A stretch of DNA of 64,000 nt from the human T2T-CHM13v2.0 reference genome, Homo sapiens (GCF_009914755.1 NC_060927.1), one strand, 5' to 3'. Positions 26,003 through 48,112 are shown, counted from the first letter of the stretch. The notes: generated by a model not told the origin, from the letters alone. Numbers and translations are program-made.

Positions 26003-27019
26003 ATGGGGAAAAAACAGAACAGAAAAACTGGAAACTCTAAAACGCAGAGCGCCTCTCCTCCTCCAAAGGAACGCAGTTCCTCACCAGCAACAGAACAAAG
26101 CTGGATGGAGAATGATTTTGACGAGCTGAGAGAAGAAGGCTTCAGACGATCAAATTACTCTGAGCTACGGGAGGACATTCAAACCAAAGGCAAAGAAGTT
26201 GAAAACTTTGAAAAAAATTTAGAAGAATGTATAACTAGAATAACCAATACAGAGAAGTGCTTAAAGGAGCTGATGGAGCTGAAAACCAAGGCTCGAGAAC
26301 TACGTGAAGAATGCAGAAGCCTCAGGAGCCGATGCGATCAACTGGAAGAAAGGGTATCAGCAATGGAAGATGAAATGAATGAAATGAAGCGAGAAGGGAA
26401 GTTTAGAGAAAAAAGAATAAAAAGAAATGAGCAAAGCCTCCAAGAAATATGGGACTATGTGAAAAGACCAAATCTACGTCTGATTGGTGTACCTGAAAGT
26501 GATGTGGAGAATGGAACCAAGTTGGAAAACACTCTGCAGGATATTATCCAGGAGAACTTCCCCAATCTAGCAAGGCAGGCCAACGTTCAGATTCAGGAAA
26601 TACAGAGAACGCCACAAAGATACTCCTCGAGAAGAGCAACTCCAAGACACATAATTGTCAGATTCACCAAAGTTGAAATGAAGGAAAAAATGTTAAGGGC
26701 AGCCAGAGAGAAAGGTCGGGTTACCCTCAAAGGAAAGCCCATCAGACTAACAGCGGATCTCTCGGCAGAAACCCTACAAGCCAGAAGAGAGTGGGGGCCA
26801 ATATTCAACATTCTTAAAGAAAAGAATTTTCAACCCAGAATTTCATATCCAGCCAAACTAAGCTTCATAAGTGAAGGAGAAATAAAATACTTTATAGACA
26901 AGCAAATGTTGAGAGATTTTGTCACCACCAGGCCTGCCCTAAAAGAGCTCCTGAAGGAAGTGCTAAACATGGAAAGGAACAACCGGTACCAGCCGCTGCA
27001 AAATCATGCCAAAATGTAA
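26003..27019 (+). CDS. L1 ORF1p (338 aa RNA-binding chaperone)
   Basis: Full-length MGKKQNRK...NHAKM with REKG, ARR and YPAKLS motifs. Confidence 0.98.
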   Translation: MGKKQNRKTGNSKTQSASPPPKERSSSPATEQSWMENDFDELREEGFRRSNYSELREDIQTKGKEVENFEKNLEECITRITNTEKCLKELMELKTKARELREECRSLRSRCDQLEERVSAMEDEMNEMKREGKFREKRIKRNEQSLQEIWDYVKRPNLRLIGVPESDVENGTKLENTLQDIIQENFPNLARQANVQIQEIQRTPQRYSSRRATPRHIIVRFTKVEMKEKMLRAAREKGRVTLKGKPIRLTADLSAETLQARREWGPIFNILKEKNFQPRISYPAKLSFISEGEIKYFIDKQMLRDFVTTRPALKELLKEVLNMERNNRYQPLQNHAKM

Positions 27020-27058
27020 AGACCATCGAGACTAGGAAGAAACTGCATCAACTAATGA

Positions 27059-30910
<3,852 letters not shown>

Positions 30911-31113
30911 ACAATGAGATCACATGGACACAGGAAGGGGAATATCACACTCTGGGGACTGTGGTGGGGTCGGGGGAGGGGGGAGGGATAGTATTGGGAG
31001 ATATACCTAATGCTAGATGACACATTAGTGGGTGCAGCGCACCAGCATGGCACATGTATACATATGTAACTAACCTGCACAATGTGCACATGTACCCTAA
31101 AACTTAGAGTATA

Positions 31114-31146
<33 letters not shown>

Positions 31147-31633
31147 AGATTTGGGTGGGGACAGAGCCAAACCATGTCAGGCACTGAGGAGGCAGCAGCT
31201 GGCCAGACTGGCAGCCTGGAATGGTGATAGCAGTGGAAACAGGTGCAAGGAGGCCACAGTGAGGGAGAGGCTTTCCCTCCCAGGGAACATGGGTGCCTGC
31301 CAGCAGGCCGCCTGGCATGATGGGGGCGGGTGAGCAGCTGGCATGGTAGGTAGCCGGTGCACTTGGGGCCACTGTGTGCATGGCCATATTAGGTGCTTTA
31401 CCAGCAACATCTCATTTTCCTCTCAAGTAACCCTTTTGAGACAGGGCCAACATCATTCCATTGCACAGAGGAGGCCTCAGCTCAGGGATGAGAAGCAGAG
31501 CACCCAGTCTGCCATGGAAGCTGGGGACCTTGGGAAGACTGTTAAATGGGCCCCTGGGCCTCCCACTGCACCACACTGTCCCTTGACAGCCACAGTCACA
31601 AGTCTAAGCCACATTGACAACAGTGGAGGGGGC

Positions 31634-32030
31634 TGCTCTGGACTGAATTGTGTCCCCCCGAAACTTGTATGTTGAAGCCCTAACACCCAATGTGGCTGTA
31701 TCTGGAGATAGAGTCTTTAAGAGGTAATTAAGGTTAAGTGAGGTCATAAGGGAGGGCTGTAATCTTGTAGGATTGTGGCCTTGTACGAAGAGGAACAGAG
31801 GGAGATCTCTGTCCCCTCCATGGGCACACATGGAGGAAAGGCCATATGAGGACATAGAGAGAAGGCAGTCTCTACAGGGAGGAAGAGGGCCCGCGCCGGA
31901 ACCTGACCAACCATGCTGGCACCCTGATCTCAGACTTCCGAGCCTCTGGAACTAGAAGAAAATTAATTACTTTTGTTTAAGCCACCCAGTCTATGGTATT
32001 TTGTTAGGGCAGCCTGAGCTGACTAAGACC
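31634..32030 (+). mobile_element. MLT1A-type MaLR LTR
   Basis: tgctctggactgaattgtgtccccc start; gcagcctgagctgactaagac end. Confidence 0.8.
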
Positions 32031-32093
32031 AGAGAGGAGGCAGAGAGGTCCCCTTCAACCAGTGGACTCCTTGTAGAGTCTCATGAAGGAGTA

Positions 32094-32283
32094 GGGTTGC
32101 CAGATAAAATACAGGATGCCCAGTTCAATTTGAATTTCAGATAAATATTAAATAATATTTTTAATATAAATATGTTCCAAATATTGCATGGGATATACTG
32201 GTACTAAATGATTATTTGTTGATTATATGAAGTTCAAATATATCTGGGTGTCCTGTATTTTTATTTGGTAAATCTAGCAACCC
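32094..32283. mobile_element. MER53-like MITE
   Basis: Terminal inverted repeats gggttgccagat / atctagcaaccc; flanking duplication gaaggagta/gaaggagca. Confidence 0.8.
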
Positions 32284-33217
32284 GAAGGAGCAGGCCTGTG
32301 CTCCTGTGCTTTATCCCTATTTGATTAAGCTGAGCAGCTCCCCCAAGGGTTCTGAGCTGGTGTAGGGCCTGGCTGGCAGTGGGACACAGGCACCCTGGTT
32401 CCAAGCCCTGGCCCTTTCCACACAGCTGCCACCTCTGAGAGCTAATTGCTGAACAAAGTTGCAACCTAACATCTGGGGCATGTGTCAAGCCACAACAGAG
32501 CCTGTCTTCCCTTTCATCAGGCAGGGCCGGGGGAGCTGCTGGAGCCATCAGAGGGAGGGAAAGCCCTCAACTCAAAGGCCACCTCACCAAGAATTCCAGC
32601 TCCCGCCCTCTAGATTCGCTTTTGGCTTTGTTTCTCAGACTCACTTGGCTTTGGGGACTGAGGTTGTACTTGTATGTAGTAAGAATATACTGTTTATTTT
32701 TTCCACTGGGGGGAAAATACCACCTCCATTAAACTGTGCATTACGCTTTTCTAAATCTTTTACATCTATCCATTAATTCTCATGGCAACCCTGTGAAATG
32801 CCTGTGTGTACTGTTATCCCCATATTGCAGACAGAAAAACTGAAGCACAAAGCACTCCTGACACAGATGGGAGTTGGCTTCTCAGCCTCTTTTCTGGCTC
32901 AAGGGTCTTGCCAGGCTACCACGGGGAGGGGAAAAAAATCACATAACATGAAATTGCTCTCAGATCTCAGAACATACATCTTGCCAAGCCGGAATCCAAA
33001 AAAACCGAGCCTCCCATTGCCCCAGATTCTGCCTTCTTCCCCTGCCTTTTCCCTGTAGGAAGAAGGATCGTAATGCACGGAAATAAACTTTCCTCCAGAG
33101 AGGCAGTCCCCATGAGTATCTTTAGGCCAACTCAACTTCTCCAATTCTTGCCCTTCTACTCCTTCTGTAGGCTTTCTGTTGCTGGGGTTCAGAGTTGATG
33201 TTCAAGGGATGTTTCAC

Positions 33218-33406
33218 CCAAAGTTATCAAAAATGATGGGCACTGTGAACATTGGCATTTGGGAAAGATTCTCAGCCACAGGCAGAGAATGGAAAGCAAT
33301 TTCAGGTGCCTCCTTTACTTCCCAACAGAAGAGCCCACTGGCCAAGACGTCTGGCCCACAACTAAGGCCTCCTGGCCAACAGTTCCAAGGATTGGTGATG
33401 AGGTTG
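33218..33406 (-). pseudogene. Relic exon, ARM-like
   Basis: Acceptor ggctttccctccacAG and donor TGG|GTGAAA; 189 nt; reads HQSLELLARRP*LWARRL. Confidence 0.4.
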
Positions 33407-33556
33407 CTGTGGAGGGAAAGCCAACCCTGCCACTCTGTGTAGGAGGAGGCCAGGCTGGCTGCAGCATATCTTCCTTCTTGTGTGTGTCTGGCATGTGAGC
33501 ACAGCACATGGTCCTGTGGTTTTGCGTGGCTTTCCCTGTCCACCACGCATTTCATT

Positions 33557-33558
<2 letters not shown>

Positions 33559-33598
<40 letters not shown>
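33559..33598. repeat. (GT)20 microsatellite
   Basis: Perfect run. Confidence 0.97.
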
Positions 33599-33602
<4 letters not shown>

Positions 33603-33749
33603 GGAGTGGGAGGCCGCTGTGGTTCCATAACCCAGCTTCTCTCTGAGACAGCTCAGACAGGCCTGGGGCTGGGCTTCCTGCCTCGTGGGGAGGTGGGAGG
33701 CGAAGCCTGGAGACACTCTTCCTGTGTCAGGGCAGGTGAAGCATGTGTG

Positions 33750-33978
33750 TGAACAGCACTGAATCAGCTGTCAAGGCAGTCTACTGCGGCCAGCTGGGCC
33801 TGTCCTCCAGAGACAGAAAGAACCAGCGGACCTCGACCCTCAAGCCCATTTCAACCATCAGGAGAACTTGGAGGAGGAGCAGTGTTTTGAATCAAGTGTT
33901 TCACAATTAAGAGCAGGGTGAAGTGCACAGTGATTACAAGAGCTTCCCGGCTGTGCCCCTCTCCCATTCCCACCGCTG
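33750..33978 (-). pseudogene. Relic exon with ankyrin-like motifs
   Basis: A single frame reads GEGHSREALVITVHFTLLLIVKHLIQN...*NGLEGRGPLVLSVSGGQAQL. Confidence 0.5.
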
Positions 33979-35078
33979 CTGGAGGGACCTGTCCAGGGGC
34001 TGCCCCTTCTTAGATGGAGATTGAGAATCCATAAATATTCCCTGATGGCTGCAGAACTGGGTTCAGATTCAGTGTCCAGACACTGAAGGCCCCCTCAGTC
34101 TGGCCCTGTCTTCACCTTCTGGCCACATGGGCCAGATCCCACTCGCTGACACTTCCCAATCACTATGCTTGTGTGAGTCCCACTCGCTCTCACACCCTTA
34201 ACCCTGACTACCTGGCTCAAGGCCCATGTCTCCCTCCCACCCTGCTGTCATCTTCCTGGCACTTTCTGCCCACACCAGCCACTTTGTACATGTCCCAAGG
34301 CTGTCCAAAGGTGTTATCTTTTTGTGATAACCACATCTCACAGGTGGCTAGAGATTTCCAACAGACAAAGCACATCCACAAGACACATCATTTATTTCTC
34401 ACTGCAACCCTACAAAGTAGGGATTACTGTCCCCACTCTGCAGATGAGCCTCAGAGGAGTTACCGCAGTGACTCTGACTTTAAATTACTGGTTTGTGGAG
34501 GCTGAGCTTGCGTTACAGATTTGATGGGCTCCTGACGCAGGCTCTCTCCTCTACCACACCCTGAAATTCATGGCAAAGGCCTGTGGGCACAGGTGGGGTT
34601 ACCAAGTGCCAGACTAGATGGGAGGGAAATGTGGCCCCCACCTCATGGAAAAGTAAGTCTCCCCAAAGAAATGGTTGTGGAGATTTATCACTAAATTTAC
34701 AGCATTAGAAAGAGGGGTTTGCATGCCCAGATGTAGCCTTGGGTATTTAGGAACTAGACAGGGTCTTGCAGCAAAGTCACCCTCTCTCCTAGAACGGGTG
34801 CTGTTGGCTCCCACAGCCCCCTCTGTCCTGAGAGACCCTATGCCTCTGTGGCAGGAAGGAGAGAGGGTGGAGGGTCTGTCTGCAGTGCCAGTGGAGAAGG
34901 TAGCATGAGGCTGCATGAAAAGGAGAATGCATTCTGTCTCTGTGTGAGTCCAAGAGATGCGGAACACGGAGCCGGGCTGCCCCAGCTCCACTGAGGGCGT
35001 GGCCCGGAAGGGCAGCCTAAGGTTTAATCGCCAGAGAGGACGCCTTGCTCCAGCGTTTGGCTCCCCACGGCGGTCCCA

Positions 35079-35097
35079 CAGCGCCACCTAGCGGCCC
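35079..35097 (-). promoter_or_regulatory. Strong CTCF motif in a small CpG-rich patch
   Basis: Reverse strand GGGCCGCTAGGTGGCGCTG matches the CTCF core; local CpG retention at about 34955-35150. Confidence 0.8.
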
Positions 35098-36029
35098 CCC
35101 CGCCAGGAGAACACGCGTCCCTCACTACGCGGAGGAGGGCGCTGTCCAGGAATCTGGAGCACCTCTGAACTTGCTAGGTGCTTGCATGCCGCCTCCAGTG
35201 CCTGCCGCTTGGCCCACACATGCCTTGTCCACGCTGTCCCTGCTCCTTACCTGCACCCAAGATGACCATCCCCGCCCTTCCTCTCTCAAGTGATTTTGGG
35301 GAACAAATGAAAAGGCCGTAATGTAAAATGGTAAAGCGCTCTGCAAAGGTAGTACTGGGTACCACTCACTGAGAATCTTCTCTGCACCCCACGCTGCTAG
35401 ACATGTCATGAGGATTATCACTAAGCCCCGTGGCAACACTGAAAGGTGGGGATTATCAAGCCCATTTTACAAAAGAGAAATTGAATTTCAGAGAAGTGGA
35501 GTAACACATACAAATTCACCCTACTAGTACAAGACAGAGCCGGGATTCACATTAATTTCAAAGCCTGTGGGTCTCTGGCTCCCCTGGGAAGAACCATTGC
35601 TATTATCATCACTGTATTCTTAGAGCTGCTGCTGCTGCTGCTGCAGTGGAAGAACACAGCCCCTTCCAACACACAGATATGGGTTCAAGCCACTTGCCAC
35701 TCAGCAGCTGTTAGGGCTTGGACAGGCCACATACCACCCCACAGCCTCACCTCACACCTCCTTCCCAGAAGTGTCCTGCCCTCTTGCCACACCTCAATTA
35801 TGTCTTCCTCTAGGGAGGTCTCCCCCACTGAGCACCCAGCTCTCAGGGTGAGGGGGCTTGTTGTCCCCAGATCTGCAGCCCTGCTAGGAGCCCCAAACTA
35901 TCTGATGCCAGGCTCTCATGCTGTCCCCATCATTACCCACTCCTGTGTCAATATCACCTCCCCTCAGCTGGGCTGGGGCCTCCTCACAGTACACAGGCCC
36001 AACATGCGGCAGCACTCTACAGGAACTCT

Positions 36030-36542
36030 GCAGGGCGGTCTAGAAACATGCCCACACGCTCTTTCACACTTGTCCCTTCAAAAAGTGGAGTCTAATTCAT
36101 CTCTCCTTGAATACTGGCCAGCTTTAGCAACTAGCTTCTACTGAATAAAGTGAGATGGGAGTGATGCTGTGTGATTTCCAAGACGAGGTTAGAACAGGTG
36201 ATATGGCTTTGGACTGGCTCTCTATCTCCTGAGATGCCGACTTTTGGAATCCAGCCACCAGGATATGAAGAAGTGCAGGCCACACAGAGAAGCCACGTGT
36301 AGGTATTCTGCCTGACAGCCCCCACTGAGATCTCAGCTGACAGCCAACATCAACTGGCACACATGTGACAAATAAGCCTTTGGATGATCACAGGCACAGC
36401 CTTTGAGCTACTCCAGCTGGTACAAGAGAGGGCAGAGATGAGCTGTCCCCACCAAGCCCTACCCAAATTTCAGATTCACGAGCAAAATAAATGCTGCCAA
36501 GTTTTGGAGAGTTGGTTACAGTGCAGTGGACAACCAGAACAT
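36030..36542 (+). mobile_element. Old MLT1 (F/G-like) LTR
   Basis: MLT1 motifs (tccttgaatactgg, gtgatgctgtgtgatttccaag, ccaaatttcagattcacgagcaaaataaatg); boundaries approximate. Confidence 0.6.
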
Positions 36543-36707
36543 TCTGCTAACTTGCACAATTGTGAGCAGCCACTAAGTACTGAGCACACACAAGGATGAA
36601 CTGTGGGCTCTGTCCGCCCCCCAGATCATCATCGTTGCTGTTCTCCAGTCCTTAGAAGGGCTGGTTCTTCTCATCTTTGCCTGGAGGCCTGGGCCCTGCT
36701 CTGCTAA

Positions 36708-37045
<338 letters not shown>

Positions 37046-37569
37046 CATTTATTCAATGGCTATTTCTTGAGCTTCTACTATGTGTCAAACACACTGATGT
37101 CTACTGAAGATATAGTGCTAAAGGCTCTGCCCTTATGGAGCCTTTAGCCAGGAAGGTAAAATAGATAATAACCAAGTAAACTAACAATTATTTAATTAAA
37201 CTCTTCATAAGCACTATCAATGCAGGGCTAGGATACTATGACAGCATGTAACAGGGGAACTTGCTTAGTCTTGCTGCTCACGTCTCTGCAGCCCGCCTCA
37301 TCCTTTAGCTCACTCCAACCACTCATTAGGAAATCCTCTGCCATGGAGACCCTCCATCCTAGACATTCAGTGGCAGTTCCAATTTCCTGGAATGTCATGC
37401 TTTTTATAATTGCTTCATGATTTGTATTAGTTTGTGAGTCCTCATCAACTATAGTTTTTAAACCAGAAGAAAAATATCCTTTGAAAATTCTAGGTCTAGA
37501 AAATGCATGGCCTGCAATCTTAAATTACTCCTTAATGGTATCATTGAGGTGTTTTTGTCCCGCCAACTT

Positions 37570-38526
37570 CATTGAGGAGGACTTCCACTTCCAACCAAGA
37601 TAGAGGAACAGGGACCAGACTTACCTGAAATAAGGAAACAAAACAGGCAAAATATATAAAACTTGTTTTTAAGATACTGGACAGTGGCTTGAAATGAAGG
37701 TCAGTGATTCCTGAAAGAGAGGATACAAACAAGAGGATCCCTACTATTTTCACAACTTACTGCCTTGAGGGACTTTCCAGGCGATGGCACAGAGAGGGGA
37801 ATCCAGGCAGAGCCTAGAAAACTCCCTGCATTCAGGAGATAACACTGAGTGCTCAGGGAGACCAAGGTGGCTAGGGTTTGCTAATCAGAGTACCAAAGAG
37901 ACAGAGCGCTACACAGACAGGGAACTCAGGATCTGCAAAGGGTCCTCATCAATTACTCAGCAGAGTACTGATCAGAGCATGTGTATGAAGAAACTGCCTG
38001 AAAGCTGTGGGTCAGGGAAGGCATCCAGGAGGATTAGGAACAGTGGACAGAACACACACATAGAGTGCTGAAAATAGTGCCTGGTTCCACCAACAAGAAT
38101 GGAACAACTCCTAAATTATGGGGCATTGGGTAGAATCTTTGTAAAGTCTTGCCTTAGTAATGGGAAATAAATAGCCCTAGATGGAGCTATTTATTTAAAT
38201 GGCTCAACAAATTGTGAAGGAATATCCAAAAAGAGCAAATGTTTCCAATTTGCTAACTACACTCTGGACAAGAATATCTATAAGAATACCAAAAAATGCA
38301 GCACCCAAAAAAGTAAAATTCATAATGTGTGACATCCAAACAAAGATTAACAGGCATATAAAGGCAGAAAAAACATAATGCCTCATGAGAACTAGTTAAT
38401 GTAAACTAACCCAGAACTGACACACACATAGAATTAGCAGAGAAGGACATGAAAAGTGATTATAACTGTATTCCATCTCTTTTGAAAGTTAAGCATAAAC
38501 GTAGAACTTACAAAAAAGGCCTAAAT
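37570..38526 (+). mobile_element. Old L1M 5'/ORF1-region fragment
   Basis: Degenerate motifs (aaggtcagtgattcctgaaaga, cccagaactgacac..gaattagcag, tataactgtattcca) recalled from L1MC/MD 5' consensus. Confidence 0.6.
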
Positions 38527-42357
<3,831 letters not shown>

Positions 42358-43345
42358 GAAAATACAAAGGTAAGCCACCAAATGGGAGAAAAATGTTTGA
42401 AAACATATTTTAATATTGGACTTGTATCCAGAATATACATATATATATTCTGATATTTAAGAATTCATGAAATTAAAAAATAAAAAACCAAACAACTAGA
42501 TTTCTAAAGTAGGCAAAAGATTTGAATAGATGAATCGACAAATGAATGGAAAATTAGCACATGAAAAGATGCTCAACCGATGAAATTGAAAACCACAGTG
42601 AGATACCATAACACATTTATTAGAAGGCTAACATTAAGAGGAATGACTATTTTAAGTGTTGACGAAGATGCTGAGGAAACAATACTCTCATATAATATGT
42701 TGATGGAGATGTAAAATGGTACAATTACTTTAGAAAAATGTGGGAGTTTCTTAAAAAGTTAAACACAGTCAACCATTCATTCCCAGATATTTACCCAGGA
42801 GAAATGAAAACATATGTGCAAAGACGTGTACACAAGTGTTCATAGGAGCTTTATTTGTTATAACCAAAGACTGGGAAAAACCCAAAAGTCCCTCAACAGA
42901 TGAAAGGATAACAAGTTGTGGTCCATAAACCACGATAGATACTACTCAGCAGTAGAAAGGAAAGGAACAAACTATTGATACACATGACACCATGAGTGAA
43001 TCTTAAAATAATTATATTAGGTGCAAAAAGCCAGACAAAAGAGAATATAAACTTGTGGTGCCTTTTATATGAAATTCTAGAAAATGCAAACTATCCAAAG
43101 TGAAAGAAAGCAGTGGCTTCCAGGGGAGAGAGTTATTTGGGAACAGCAGGAGGAAGGGATTACCTACCAAGGAGTATGAGGAAGTTTTCAGGGTGATGGA
43201 TATTTTCATTATCTTGACTGTGGTTATGGTTATATGGCAGACACATACGTCAAAACTTATCAAATTATATGCTTTCAGTGTGTGAAGTTTGTTGTATGCC
43301 AATTATACCTGAATAAACCTATTTATTTATTTATATAAAAATATA
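42358..43345 (+). mobile_element. Old L1M 3' end
   Basis: Degenerate ORF2-end and 3'UTR (aatgggagaaaaatgtttg, gcacatgaaaagatgctc, tatacctgaataaa). Confidence 0.8.
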
Positions 43346-43752
43346 AACCTATTTATTTTAAAAAACAAAACTCCACTGGGAAATTGTTGAGGTTCGGGAT
43401 ATCTGTATTCTCTTTCCGTATTTTCCACAGGGTTTGTCTCAGGTCTGAGTGTGCAGAAGGTGGTCAACAAATGTTTGATTACTTTCATCCCTACAAGAAT
43501 TACCAGCATAGAAGGAAACTCACTGAGCAAGGATGTTTACTGGTACAATTCAGCTGATGGGGAAATTGTGATTTGCTAAAGTAGCAAAAGTCACAAGGGG
43601 TGAGGGGACTTCGTTTGATCACTCATTTCTATGGACTGCTAGGTCAAGTCAGTTCATTTCAGCCTGGAATGTTTGCATCCCTGGACAGTTTCTAAGGGAG
43701 GAGAATGAATGCCACTGAACATTCATAAGGAATAAGATGAGATGGAACAAGA

Positions 43753-43810
43753 ATGATGATGATGAGGATGAGGATGAGAATGATGAAGATGATGATAGTA
43801 ATAGTGATAA
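43753..43810. repeat. (GAT/GAG)n repeat
   Basis: Read directly from the sequence. Confidence 0.8.
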
Positions 43811-44049
43811 TACTATTTACCACTTGATGGCCACTGACTGTGTGCCAGAGCACCATCTGCTTCCTGTCTGTTCACCCTCACCCCAGTCCTATGTGGAAGT
43901 TGTTATCATTCCATCTTAAAGAGGAGGAACTAGCAGGTGGTGAGTAAAATGGGCTCATATAGCTAATAAGTTGCGGAGCTAGTATTTGAACCCATGTCTG
44001 TCTGATTCCAAAGCCTGTGCTCCTACCATTAAATGTATCCCATTCCCAA

Positions 44050-44370
44050 GCCAATAAACACATGTGAACACATGTATTTCCACCTGAACACCCATGTAAG
44101 GCCACACACACACACACACGCATATACTCAACCACATGTATACAAATGTACCTGCACACACATGGGTACACATACGCACATGCACATATTTGAATACACA
44201 CATTTGCATGCATACAAAAATGGCCACACACATACACAAATGCATCCACATGTATCCCCTGAACACACACACCTATGCACATACACGCTTGCATGACACA
44301 TACAGCTGAGCACACACATATGTGGTTGCACATACACAGAGGCACACACTTAGTCCTAAGAACACACATT
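44050..44370. repeat. Degenerate (CA/TA/TG)n alternating purine-pyrimidine tract
   Basis: Read directly from the sequence. Confidence 0.8.
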
Positions 44371-46810
44371 TTCCCTTTCTGGCTCTGGCTTCCTGCAAAC
44401 AGCCACCACTACATCCTTTTGCCAGCCTCTCCCAGCCAGGCCCCAAGAATCTTCAAAACACTGAAGTCCTAAGTCTCAAGTGAAATTATGCCCAGGCCCC
44501 TGACCTGGGGGAGCTGCATGCAAGTCAGGGCAATCAGATACATCACATTTTCCCATGAAAGAAATTTCTGACAGGCTTATTAACCTTTGAAAATACCAGT
44601 TCTCAGTCTGAGGGACTTCCTGAGTCCAGATCAAATTGAAAAATAACCTAGTGACAGACCACCCAGTTCTGAGCTGATGGGAATTACTTTCAACCCAGGC
44701 CAGCATGTCCTTTAGACAAAATGTTCCACACCAAACCTGACAGCAGCCAGATCTTGGGAGCAGGGGAGCCAAGTGCCATTTATTACAAAACATATCCATG
44801 ATCGCTGTGTCATGGGGCCACTGCTCTGGGCCCAAGTCCCTTTGGGGGCAGCTGGGGTGGCAAGTAGCAGCCAGCCTTAGTGCCTTTGACATTTATGTCC
44901 CTGTGCTATAGGACAGAGGGTCTGTCTGTCATCACAGACTGATGTAGCCTTGGCCCCTGGCAATCATTTTCTGTTTCAAGTGTTCAGTTTGGTGTAGAAT
45001 TGTAGTTCAGTGGATGCTATCAGAAGAAAAAGGACAGAGTGTCACGTGGAAAATTGGAGATAAACTGATAACTCCAGGGTTAGAGGAACTGACTCATCCG
45101 CCCCCACTGGCTTGTGGTGGAGGACAGTCTCCCTCCTTCTCTCTTTTGGGCCATATTCTGGCTCAGAAGTCAGTCTATGTAATTTCTGGAAGTGTCAATG
45201 TTTTTCTTCACCCCATAGAACACATGTAGAACAGAGCTTTTCCACCATAAGAGCTGCCAGGTACCTCAGAGTTCAGCCTTGTCACTGCATGGAATAAATT
45301 GGGTGGTCATGCGCAAGACCCATAACTTCAGAGCCTCAGTTTATGCATATAAAAGATGGGAATATCAGTGCCTGCCCTGTCTGCCTCACTAATTTGCCAT
45401 GAAGACTAACAGGGCTGATGAGAAGACAGTGCACTCTGAGTGAGAGGGAAGGGGCTTGGGCCATCACATCTTCAACCATTCCTACCATTGTTCAAGGTTT
45501 TTTTGCTCAGGCAAACCCTCACACAGGCTTCCAGGAATGTCTTCTGATGTTTCCCCTCTTTCTCTGGAATTATCTCCTCTTCTGCACTGCTACTGACTGT
45601 CCCACTGCTCAGCAGGTTGCATCCCAGCCATGTGCCCAGCCCCAGCAGATACTTCAAACTGCTCATTCCTATAGCTCCCAACACAACCGTACCTCTTCTC
45701 GACCAATGATTTTGCTTTCCAGTGCTCAGAAAAAGGGACAGAGAGGCAGGAAGGCTCTCTGATTCTCTCCCCAAAACGTATCCACTCTAACCATCCTTAA
45801 CTCCTGGCCTACTGGTGCAAAGGCTCCTTTGCATCTACTACCAATGCCTCCACTTAGAATCTTCATCCCCTGAAGCTTCCTCAGGGATCCACAACATCAC
45901 TTGTCCCTTCTCGTTACTGGATCTTTGGTTTTTTCCTTGCTACCAGTCCCTTCTCAGCACACAAAGGGGAATTTCGGCCATGGAATTTGTGTCTCTGTAG
46001 GAACATGTAAGAGGTTTGGACTTTGAATAGGGGCCAGAAGAATAAAAACTCTGGGTGAAGTCAAAAGTGGGGTGGATGTGGACCTTTTGGGAGGCCTCAA
46101 GGATAGGGAATTGAAGACTTACAGAAGTCACATGAGTGTGGTTGCTGGAGACCGCAGGGGTTCTTGCGTTGTCCAGACTGTCACCTTTCTTCCTTGGGCT
46201 CTGTTCTTCCTCTCTCCATTCCTCTCCCTGACTTTTATCCCCTAACCCCATCTTGACTTCTAAAAGCTTAGGATAAAATATATCTTTTAAAAAACAGAAG
46301 TCCAGACCCTGTTAAATCACTGAGAGTGGGATAAGGCACTCCCCACTGAGGCATCACTATACTTTTGTTTTACAAATAATAGAAAACCATGCTTGCTCCA
46401 CAGAGCTGGTGAAGATATGACCTAATGAATCCTAACAGTAGCTGCAGCCAGATAGCCTTGGGACTGTCAGTCAGAGGGCCAACCCTCCCCAACCCCCAGT
46501 GGTGAACAGAACCCCACCCAGGCCAATCAGCCTCTCTCACCAGGAACTTAGATTGGATGGAAGGCAGGGAGTTGGAACCAAGCCATTAGGACTGCAACCT
46601 CCTGGAGAGATCTCTTGAGTTCCTGCCTCTGGGGTTCTTGGAGCTGCCATCTTTCAAGTCCTTCCTGAGGCTTGGCTGTTGAGCTTTTTCTTGAATTCTG
46701 TGAGATATTCAGTATCCTTCCAATTACTCCCATTTCAGTTTTACTCAGGAAAGATTTGTTTCTTGCAACCAGAGTACTTCTGAATACCATCCTCAGAAAG
46801 TAACTGACTT

Positions 46811-47094
<284 letters not shown>

Positions 47095-47619
47095 AGAAAG
47101 TAATTGACTTGCCACCACACAACCTTCTCACACCATCTTTATGAAACACCAGACATCAGATCCTGAAAGTACTTTATTCTCAAAGTTTGCAAGATAAGTA
47201 TTGTCATTATGCCCATTTTGCAGGTGAGGTACTGGGGCTCTGAAAGATGTGGGCATCTGCCTGAGGTTATAGCTTAAACCAGGAATCTTCATTACTCCAT
47301 ATCAGTAAAACTCACTGTACCCCAAGTAAAAGAGGTCATTGAAAGGAAAGTGGGAAGCTCTCTGGCCAAGACACCACCTTTCTCCATCTCTCTCCGTACA
47401 TATTCTCCCATCTCTGCTTCTGAGGATCTGCTCCATTTTCCTGCCTCTCTCTGCAGAGTGGCTTTTCCCTGCTCACTCATCAGTGAGCACATTGCTGAAA
47501 AAGGCTGCTTCAGCCCAAACCCTAAATACTTAGTTATTCACTTCAAGCTTCCACCGTCGACTATTCTATGTCTCATAGTTTGAATTATTGAGAAAAAATC
47601 TGCTTGGTGCCTGGTCATC

Positions 47620-48112
47620 TGGGGTAGGCTGAAGAATGCCCCCATACTTCCTCCCAAGTATAACTGCACTCTAATCCATGGAACTTGTGGATGTTACCTT
47701 ATATGGAAACATGGTCTTTGCAGATGTGATTAAGTTAAAGATTTTAAAATGGGGATTATCTTGGATTATCAGGGTGGGTCAGTGATTATGCAATCACATA
47801 CATCCTTATAAGAAGAAAACAGAGGAAGATTTGGCACAAATAGAAGAAGAGAAGCTGATGTGAAGATGGAGGCAGAGATTGAAATGATGCAGCCACAGGC
47901 AAAGGAATGTTTACAGTCATCAGAAACTGGAAGAGACAAGGGGCAGATTCTTCTCCAGAGATAGACTCTAAGGGGAGCAGAGCTCCCTTGATTTCAGCTC
48001 AGTAATACTGATTTCAGATTTCTCATGCGGAATTGTGAAAGAATACATTTTTGTTATTTTAAACCATAATATTTGTGGTAGTTTGTTATAGCAGCCACAG
48101 GAAACTAATGCT
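47620..48112 (+). mobile_element. MLT1C/D-like LTR
   Basis: gtctttgcagatgtgattaagttaa; end tttgttatagcagccacaggaaactaat. Confidence 0.75.

Noticed and set aside
31380-31420. Ankyrin-like DVAGKAP reading on the minus strand
   Set aside because: Falls in MIR-like sequence. It shows that short motif matches arise by chance, so it was excluded from the relic gene.
43737-44472. Acidic, Cys/Val-rich and His/Thr-rich ORFs
   Set aside because: Translations of (GAT)n and (CA)n-type repeats.
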